Shown here: positions 58,528-64,000 of the stretch, in pieces
Position numbering within the stretch: position 1 is the stretch's first letter
Layout: each line of letters starts with the position of its first letter
IMG/VR virus record: IMGVR_UViG_3300029841_000009
Location: 4,544-68,543 of that record
Reading direction: 5' to 3' (one strand)
Source: a virus
Lineage: Duplodnaviria; Heunggongvirae; Uroviricota; Caudoviricetes
DNA length: 64,000 bases
The notes under the pieces: model-generated
Seen by the model: only the letters and a program-made list of their open reading frames with translations
Database searches by the model: none
Told to the model about the DNA's origin: nothing
Program-made: the position numbers and the translations under genes

Positions 58528-58793
58528 TCATCATCTCCTGCCGCACATACAACCTCACAAAAAAAATCAGCAGAATGTTTCTCCTTGAACGAATGACGCT
58601 CAAAACCGCACTCAATATCAGGCGCAAAAACATCCACCACATACGGTCTTTCAGAATGTTTGTTTTCCCAACGATAAACCGTAGTGACGTTGAAATGTTT
58701 TAACGCTTCACGGAACTCAACGCTGCCAGTCAGGTTTTTTGAGGTCAGGTATTGCAGGAGGTTTTTTACTACTTCACGGTCTTGTACTTTCAT
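58524..58793 (-). CDS. Hypothetical protein driven by cassette copy 3
   Basis: 89-aa ORF immediately downstream of the conserved promoter-leader cassette. Confidence 0.45.
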   Translation of the reverse strand: MKVQDREVVKNLLQYLTSKNLTGSVEFREALKHFNVTTVYRWENKHSERPYVVDVFAPDIECGFERHSFKEKHSADFFCEVVCAAGDDE

Positions 58794-58911
58794 CGGGTTA
58801 TCTCCGGTTTAACCAGGGCGGGTATCGCTCGGTTTCGGGTATAACCATAGGAAATTTTTTCCCACCTGTAAAGCACTTTTATATAAATCTATAATTATAT
58901 AATTCTATACC
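58794..58911 (-). promoter_or_regulatory. Conserved promoter-leader cassette, copy 3
   Basis: -35 TTTACA (58872-58867), 17 bp, -10 TATGGT (58849-58844), leader with GGAG SD; AT-rich iteron 58877-58911. Confidence 0.5.
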
Positions 58912-59492
58912 ACTTGCCAGAGAGCATCATGCAACTGGATACTTCCATTGCACTGGTTGCCCCAGCCATGCCAACCATCAGGTAAATCACCGCGAGCAAA
59001 CAGCTCAATACGAGGAACATCACCTAACAGCCTTACCAGCTTGTCACGAACCACATCAGGCTTCCGAGAATGCTCCAGACGAGGCGATGTAAACGACTGA
59101 ATGATCCCCGCATCAAGGCGGGTCGGCAATTTGCCTTTTACCGCAAACAAGCAATCTTCACTGTTTGCACGAGTCATATGCCCCATCCCCATCACCAGCT
59201 TATCTGGTTGTCGGCTACCACATTTGTTCCATGTGAAGCCCTTCATGGTCATAAGCCTGAATCCCCATGCTTTCACCACCAGCAACGCTTCTTCTGGCTG
59301 AGTCGGAACCCACCACATGGCCAACAAACACGATTCAGGATTAGCAAGCTGCCAGACAGGAATACGAGCAATATCCTCAGCTTTCATCGTTGGATACTTA
59401 AAACCAGCTCCACGATTCCCATCCTTACACTTATCTTTGTATTCCCAGGGGGGATCTGCATAAATCAGATTAAACAATGCAATTGCCTCCAT
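58905..59492 (-). CDS. MT-A70 family DNA adenine methyltransferase
   Basis: N-terminal LIYADPPWEY (DPPW catalytic motif); 195 aa. Confidence 0.75.
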   Translation of the reverse strand: MEAIALFNLIYADPPWEYKDKCKDGNRGAGFKYPTMKAEDIARIPVWQLANPESCLLAMWWVPTQPEEALLVVKAWGFRLMTMKGFTWNKCGSRQPDKLVMGMGHMTRANSEDCLFAVKGKLPTRLDAGIIQSFTSPRLEHSRKPDVVRDKLVRLLGDVPRIELFARGDLPDGWHGWGNQCNGSIQLHDALWQVV

Positions 59493-59800
59493 GTTAGTTG
59501 TGCCTCCGGCGCTTATCTCCGGCAGTCATAACGCTGGCCAGCTCTACAGCAGACGCAACGAAAAGGGCACTAACCAGACTGATTAATGCCCTTGCCTGTT
59601 GTGTGCCGGATATCGCCCGACAACGCTGTTTTGGTAACACGGCTACAGTTCCGTGCCGCTCCAGCTTTTACCCCTTTGCGGATAACAGGCCCTGCCTGTA
59701 ACTTAGCCCCACGTTCGCCCGAAATGCGCACCAGGCACGCATAAAGATGAGCACGAAGGAAGTAACTCCACCGCGCTTATCTTTATGTGTGAGAGTGAAT

Positions 59801-59876
59801 TGGTGGCCCCTACCGGATTTGAACCGATGACCGTGCGATTATGAGTCGCCTGCTCTAACCACTGAGCTAAGGGGCC
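59801..59876 (-). tRNA. tRNA with CAU anticodon (tRNA-Ile2-like, or Met)
   Basis: Minus-strand read GGCCCCTTAGCTCAGTGGTTAGAGCAGGCGACTCATAATCGC...GGTTCAAATCC...GGGGCCACCA; close to my recollection of E. coli ileX in acceptor, D and anticodon arms. Confidence 0.8.
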
Positions 59877-59883
59877 ATATTTG

Positions 59884-59972
59884 ATCTGTTTGTCTGGTGT
59901 GGCGCCGCGCACGAAAATCCCAGCCAATAAATTCAGGATTTTTGGGCGCGGCGGCATATCAGACAAACATGG
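59884..59972. repeat. Large imperfect palindrome upstream of the tRNA
   Basis: Arms CTGTTTGTCTGG..GGCGCCGCGC and GCGCGGCGGC..CAGACAAACATGG around an inner inverted repeat GAAAATCC...GGATTTT. Confidence 0.45.
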
Positions 59973-60012
59973 TTGATGCGTGCGCCCATGAGAAAAGCGC
60001 ATAGAATGTTGT

Positions 60013-60047
60013 AACTATATATTTATATAATTATAGAAATATATATT
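60013..60047. repeat. AT-rich iteron downstream of the spanin genes
   Basis: AACTATATATTTATATAATTATAGAAATATATATT, same family as the parA-flanking iterons. Confidence 0.45.
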
Positions 60048-60255
60048 ACTTGGGGCAGTTGATTTCCCATGCCCTGTTATGAGCCAGAATATCTTTCTTT
60101 GTCTGGCGGTCCATAACATCGATATCGTGATCAGTCAGGTAGATGGGCTTTACCCAATCACAGGCGGTATCAACCACCACCGGGACGCTTCCACGACTCC
60201 CGCAGCTCGCGATCAACATCGTCATCAGCCATATGGTTAACACTCTGCTGTACAT
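60046..60255 (-). CDS. o-spanin (outer-membrane lipoprotein, Rz1-like), overlapped arrangement
   Basis: 69 aa with signal peptide and lipobox IASC; start lies inside the i-spanin gene in another frame. Confidence 0.55.
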   Translation of the reverse strand: MYSRVLTIWLMTMLIASCGSRGSVPVVVDTACDWVKPIYLTDHDIDVMDRQTKKDILAHNRAWEINCPK

Positions 60256-60448
60256 TGCCCACCTCTTTTGTCACTTCTATACGCCGCTCCGCAGTGGCTT
60301 TTACGGCGGCTGCATTCTCATTAATGCGCTGCTTTTCAGCTTCATCTTCGGCCTTTTCTCGCCCCTTCATACGACCAAAACCAAACGCACCGAATGCAAC
60401 CAATATAACGGTGCCGATAAATGACAAAACGGCTTTCAAACCAGTCAT
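60170..60448 (-). CDS. i-spanin (Rz-like) candidate
   Basis: 92 aa; N-terminal TM (AVLSFIGTVILVAFGAFGFG) then charged helical region; follows the endolysin. Confidence 0.5.
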   Translation of the reverse strand: MTGLKAVLSFIGTVILVAFGAFGFGRMKGREKAEDEAEKQRINENAAAVKATAERRIEVTKEVGNVQQSVNHMADDDVDRELRESWKRPGGG

Positions 60449-60987
60449 ACCACCACTCGCTCTTTCATCCAGCCATAGACAAACGACTCATTTGCTTCGC
60501 GTTTCTCCGCCAGGTCCAGATAACGGTCGCCCTGCGTACAGTTCAGGGCCGTCAGCATTACCCGTTCGCCGTCTTTTCCCCGATTCCCAAGATAAGCACG
60601 TAATGCCGCAATGGTGCGCGGGCCGATTCGCCCATCCACATCCATATCTGGATACAACTTCCCGCCACGGTTGAAAACATTCAGCCAACGTTGAAGCATC
60701 TTCGTAGCCACAGTCGGCCCCATGTTGACGCCCGTATCGCACATCTCAGCCGCAATATCAGGGGAAAATTGCGCCACCTGGTCAAAACGAGGCCCATACC
60801 AATAATCACCTTCAAGAATCATCAGAGCCTGTTCTCGCGTCAGATCTCGCATATCGCCACGGTATCCGTGAGCACGGGCAGTATTCTGAGTAATGCCCCA
60901 CTTTGTTGGGCCTCCCTTGTCGTCAGGGTGATCCACATAGCCGCCCTCTTTTCCAAGAATGCTGTTAAAAATCTCATCTTTGGTCAT
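60445..60987 (-). CDS. Endolysin (GH108-type lysozyme with peptidoglycan-binding domain)
   Basis: N-terminal ILGKEGGYVDHPDDKGGPTKWGIT motif characteristic of GH108 endolysins. Confidence 0.75.
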   Translation of the reverse strand: MTKDEIFNSILGKEGGYVDHPDDKGGPTKWGITQNTARAHGYRGDMRDLTREQALMILEGDYWYGPRFDQVAQFSPDIAAEMCDTGVNMGPTVATKMLQRWLNVFNRGGKLYPDMDVDGRIGPRTIAALRAYLGNRGKDGERVMLTALNCTQGDRYLDLAEKREANESFVYGWMKERVVV

Positions 60988-61270
60988 GATTAAACCCTAA
61001 TGCGTCAACTATCCGCGCCAGATTGCCCCTGAAATACAGAACAACGATGCAGATAATCAGATTTCCAATAACCACCAGCCAGTGGGATTCTTGATAAAGA
61101 CCGAACACATAACGGAAGGGAACATTGGCGTATACAATGACGTAGATATAAGCCAGAAAGGAAACAAATGGACGATGCCTGGAGTCTTTCCGTCGATAAA
61201 GCATCAGCGCCATTACTATTACTGTGCAAAGCACCGCATTAATCAGTGCTGACGGGTCACTGCTTACCAT
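60974..61270 (-). CDS. Membrane protein (antiholin/holin candidate; start at MVSSDPS)
   Basis: About 98 aa with 2-3 predicted TM helices, between the holin candidate and endolysin. Confidence 0.4.
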   Translation of the reverse strand: MVSSDPSALINAVLCTVIVMALMLYRRKDSRHRPFVSFLAYIYVIVYANVPFRYVFGLYQESHWLVVIGNLIICIVVLYFRGNLARIVDALGFNHDQR

Positions 61271-61652
61271 TTGAACCCCCTCCACGTAAGCGGGAAAGCA
61301 TTCCAAAGATGCTACCGAGATCCTGGCTGTTTACGAACGTGAGGATTTTAATGGTCAATGCAGCCACAATAACCGCACCAAGCGCATCCAGAGGACGATC
61401 GTTGTAGCTGGTCCATTTGGCAAGAAATGAGCCAACTAACGGCGCTCCAATCACTCCAACAATGAACGATGTAAAGAAATAGCCAATCAGCTTGAGACGG
61501 CTAATATTCACCGCTGTAGCAACATAGAAAACAGCGCCAGCAAATGCCCCGAATACAACGCCGTAATCAATACCAGTTGCAATACCAAAAACGCTGGCAC
61601 CCATCAGGCCACCAGCAGCAACGGCCGTACCGGAAATTGGTTCTGCTGACAT
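61257..61652 (-). CDS. Holin candidate (start at MSAEPISG)
   Basis: About 131 aa, multiple Gly/Ala-rich TM helices and charged C-terminus; first gene of the lysis cassette with GAGGA SD. Confidence 0.45.
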   Translation of the reverse strand: MSAEPISGTAVAAGGLMGASVFGIATGIDYGVVFGAFAGAVFYVATAVNISRLKLIGYFFTSFIVGVIGAPLVGSFLAKWTSYNDRPLDALGAVIVAALTIKILTFVNSQDLGSIFGMLSRLRGGGSNGKQ

Positions 61653-61665
61653 TGAAATCCTCGTT

Positions 61666-61694
61666 AAAAAAAAGCCCCGCCGAAAAGGCAGGGC
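61666..61694 (-). terminator. Rho-independent terminator immediately upstream of the lysis cassette (tR'-like)
   Basis: GCCCTGCC-ttttc-GGCGGGGC hairpin followed by T8 on the minus strand, ending about 12 nt before the holin SD. Confidence 0.55.
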
Positions 61695-61840
61695 TTCATA
61701 AAGCAACAAATTACGCGGTAATCGCTTAACGCAGTTTTACTACGTTAAATGAAACACTACACCCAGTTACCACCTAAAACAAGGTTTCTTCATAAAAAAA
61801 CCTTCAAAATGTGGTTGATCGATCAATAAAAAAACAATAC

Positions 61841-62158
61841 TCACAGTAGTGCAGAAAAGAATAGCGGCTTAACTGCTTTCCTCACCTCACTAGCGTACAT
61901 CCCCGCAGCTATCTCAGTTGTGAACAAACGCCCTCCAACTAGCCATGCAACAGGTGCAGATGCCAGGGATGCCAGTGCAATTTCATCTGTAGCAAGCTCT
62001 CTTTCAAGATATTCACGAAATCCGGGGTTAATAGTTACCGTATCCAACATTCTCTGGCGCGCTTCCTTACGTTCACGAATATGGGCAATCAATTGCTCTT
62101 TGGTAAAAGTAGCCATATCACTTTCCTTTCCCATGAAGCATAGCCGCGCGGCAGGCAT
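61841..62158 (-). CDS. Hypothetical protein (probable start at MATFTKEQ, 62116)
   Basis: Contains the LASLASAPVAWL motif shared with the 62118 gene. Confidence 0.35.
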   Translation of the reverse strand: MPAARLCFMGKESDMATFTKEQLIAHIRERKEARQRMLDTVTINPGFREYLERELATDEIALASLASAPVAWLVGGRLFTTEIAAGMYASEVRKAVKPLFFSALL

Positions 62159-62492
62159 TCCAGCCTCTCACCTCTGCAATAGCGGCAACAGCATCAACCG
62201 CGTACATGCTAAGAGGATTAGGCATTGGTTTTTCTTCCGGTACTACTGGCACTGGAGGGGTGGCGTAGAGTGGAACTCCTCCCCCTCCACCAGAAAATTC
62301 ATTGCGAGCGTTATACTCACGACCATCTGCGTCATCACGCATCCACGCCACCGGTTCTGCTTCCAGCGATGCAAGTGCAATTCGTGCCAGTTCTTCCGCT
62401 TCTTCTGCTGGCAGTACAACGTTGCTATCAGGTCCGTATGTTTCGCGCCACTGCTTGATTGTCAGCAGTCGCTCTTTGGTAATAGTGATCAT
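62118..62492 (-). CDS. Hypothetical protein
   Basis: 124-aa ORF with LASLEAEPVAWM motif. Confidence 0.35.
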   Translation of the reverse strand: MITITKERLLTIKQWRETYGPDSNVVLPAEEAEELARIALASLEAEPVAWMRDDADGREYNARNEFSGGGGGVPLYATPPVPVVPEEKPMPNPLSMYAVDAVAAIAEVRGWNACRAAMLHGKGK

Positions 62493-62848
62493 GCCGTATC
62501 CCCTTCTTGATATTTACCGTACCACCAACCATCAGCATTTTTTTCCAGCTCGATGAAAGCTTTTTTATGTCCTGAAGGTATAACCACATCCCCAAACTTT
62601 TTAGTTACTGAGAATGTCCCTCTGCTTGCACCAGACATCTTTGCACCCTTTTCATCCGAGGTTGGCATCACCCTGATCTGCCTGTTTTCCTCATCCAACT
62701 CAACGAAAATAAATCGACTGTTCGATCTGACATCAACTCCGATATAGCACTGCACAGATCCTGATTTTGAATATCTAACGGATATTCCTGCCGTGTCACG
62801 CTTGCGACCTCTGCCACCAGTTATGATTGATACAAAAGCCATACTCAT
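62489..62848 (-). CDS. Hypothetical protein
   Basis: 119-aa ORF coupled to neighbours. Confidence 0.35.
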   Translation of the reverse strand: MSMAFVSIITGGRGRKRDTAGISVRYSKSGSVQCYIGVDVRSNSRFIFVELDEENRQIRVMPTSDEKGAKMSGASRGTFSVTKKFGDVVIPSGHKKAFIELEKNADGWWYGKYQEGDTA

Positions 62849-63531
62849 TCCCCCTTCACGCCAATGCCAGCGGCGCGCTCGGCTTTACTTTGTTCCCAAA
62901 ACCACTTGTGAAGCTCCATAAGCTTTTCGTCAATCGGTGCATATTTGCGATTAAAGTAGGCCTGAGCATCTTTCTCAGATTCGTCCGGCAATTCGCCTGG
63001 GCCAAACAGTGTGTTATAAATCCATGCCAGTCCGCTCTTAGCGTCGCCAGTTGCCTGCCATTCGATAATCGCAGCCTGCATGACCAGAATGTTTTTCCCG
63101 ATTAACAGGTCCAGTTCTTTGTACCGGTTGCGGATGTATGCATTCTCGCTTTGTAATTTTGCGTTGCGCTTCTCTGCGGCTTCCAGCTCAACACGCAGCT
63201 TCCCTACCGTTAGCGCAATTTCCTCGTTCTCCTGGTCGCGTGATTTGATGTATTGCTGGTTTCTTTCCCGTTCATCCAGCAGCGCCTGCACTACTTCAGG
63301 GTTGAAAGCTGCGATATAACGAGCGTTGTTCTCTGCGTTTTTCTGTTCGTCGAATCCTGGCCAGTCGACAATATCTCCGTGATGATTATCACCTGGTGTG
63401 TGTACGGCGTACGTGCCGTATTTGCCCGGCGAAATAAATGCGACCCATTCACCCTGTGTTGCCTTTTCTGCCGCATCACGCAGTGCCTGATAGTCAATTT
63501 TGCTCATTGTGCCTCCTCGATTTCGTCCCAT
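62845..63531 (-). CDS. Ead/Ea22-like protein (probable start at MSKIDYQALRDAAEKA, 63507)
   Basis: Shares MS.I.YQALR.AAEKA and the coiled-coil core LLDERERNQQYIKSRDQENEEIALTVGKLRVELEAAE with 14253-14900. Confidence 0.5.
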   Translation of the reverse strand: MGRNRGGTMSKIDYQALRDAAEKATQGEWVAFISPGKYGTYAVHTPGDNHHGDIVDWPGFDEQKNAENNARYIAAFNPEVVQALLDERERNQQYIKSRDQENEEIALTVGKLRVELEAAEKRNAKLQSENAYIRNRYKELDLLIGKNILVMQAAIIEWQATGDAKSGLAWIYNTLFGPGELPDESEKDAQAYFNRKYAPIDEKLMELHKWFWEQSKAERAAGIGVKGE

Positions 63532-63737
63532 TCCACCCAGGCATTCTCTCCATCAGCATCGATTTCACCTTTGTGACCGCATTTGGAACAGACAGCCTCA
63601 TCACCCGCCCACAAAGAATCTTTGGTTACCGACCATCCTGTTACCTTGGCTTTGCCGTGCTGGCACTTAGGGCAATCATCAAGCCATTCGACTTCGACTG
63701 TTGAAGGACCAAATCCATGTTCAGTTCGGATGCTCAT
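63504..63737 (-). CDS. Small zinc-ribbon-like protein (start at MSIRTEHGF, 63737)
   Basis: Two CxxC pairs (CPKCQ, CSKCG); ATG overlaps the stop of the upstream Ead-like gene. Confidence 0.4.
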   Translation of the reverse strand: MSIRTEHGFGPSTVEVEWLDDCPKCQHGKAKVTGWSVTKDSLWAGDEAVCSKCGHKGEIDADGENAWVEWDEIEEAQ

Positions 63738-64000
63738 AACTGAACTCCTTTGCGAATCTGTTCCGCCCATTCTTCAAGGGATTTCTCCGCATATTCACCG
63801 GACAGGCCATCAATCGGGTACGGTTCATTAGCCAACTCTTCTTTCGCTGACAGAATCATGCGCGTAACGTCGAAAACTTCACGCAAAGACTTATTGATAA
63901 ATCCGTGATTGAACGCAGCAGCAAGACGGCTGGCGGTATAGTTAATCCCCTCGTTGCGTGCTTCCGCACGAATTTCAGCCAGAAAAGCATCGGTAGCTGG
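63734..64000 (-). CDS. Ead/Ea22-like protein, C-terminal part (gene runs off the right edge)
   Basis: Near-identical at DNA level to the 3' end of 15138-15764; stop TGA at 63734-63736. Confidence 0.5.
   Translation of the reverse strand, partial: PATDAFLAEIRAEARNEGINYTASRLAAAFNHGFINKSLREVFDVTRMILSAKEELANEPYPIDGLSGEYAEKSLEEWAEQIRKGVQL

Noticed and set aside
61700-61840. Additional operator site upstream of the lysis terminator (GTGGTT half-site at about 61811)
   Set aside because: Only a half-site without the partner ACCAC at 5-bp spacing; not counted as an operator.
1-64000. CRISPR arrays, integrase/recombinase genes, transposases, IS elements, rRNA
   Set aside because: No short direct repeat-spacer arrays, no tyrosine or serine recombinase-like ORF, and no transposase-like ORF seen in any frame.

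Overview
64-kb window of an enterobacterial temperate-phage / plasmid-like mosaic, with almost every gene on the minus strand. All calls come from reading the sequence and the supplied ORF translations; no database search was run. In order: (1) 1-13.2 kb, a T7-like podovirus virion module (portal, scaffold, capsid, tail tubular A/B, internal virion proteins including one with a lytic-transglycosylase motif) preceded by TerS/TerL, with a tRNA-Arg(UCU) and a plus-strand moron between TerL and portal; (2) 13.2-21.6 kb, lambdoid accessory/regulatory genes (Ead/Ea22-like x2, DUF551, DUF3560, DUF1064, Ref-like HNH, Q-like candidate, cro-like) and a divergent CI-like HTH-S24 repressor with palindromic operators; (3) 21.6-31.5 kb, a plasmid-maintenance block: ParA/ParG-like partition flanked by AT-rich iterons, an antirepressor with a c4-like structured leader, a HigB/HigA toxin-antitoxin pair, an IncFII-type RepA with CopA-like antisense candidate and oriR with a DnaA box; (4) 31.8-53 kb, a second complete virion module with lambda-like head (TerS, GpA-type TerL, W, portal, S49 protease, D, E) and P2/Mu-like contractile tail (sheath, tube, chaperone, tape measure, D, V, W, J, I, tail fibre, Tfa); (5) 53-64 kb, a ParB-like nuclease / ParB-methyltransferase cluster, small accessory genes, an MT-A70 methylase, a tRNA with CAU anticodon, a lysis cassette (holin, endolysin, overlapped spanins) and more Ead-like genes. 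A near-identical promoter-leader cassette of about 115 bp occurs three times. No integrase, transposase, CRISPR array or rRNA was found. Several accessory loci are flagged as candidates for an undescribed system, but none can be assigned a function from sequence alone.
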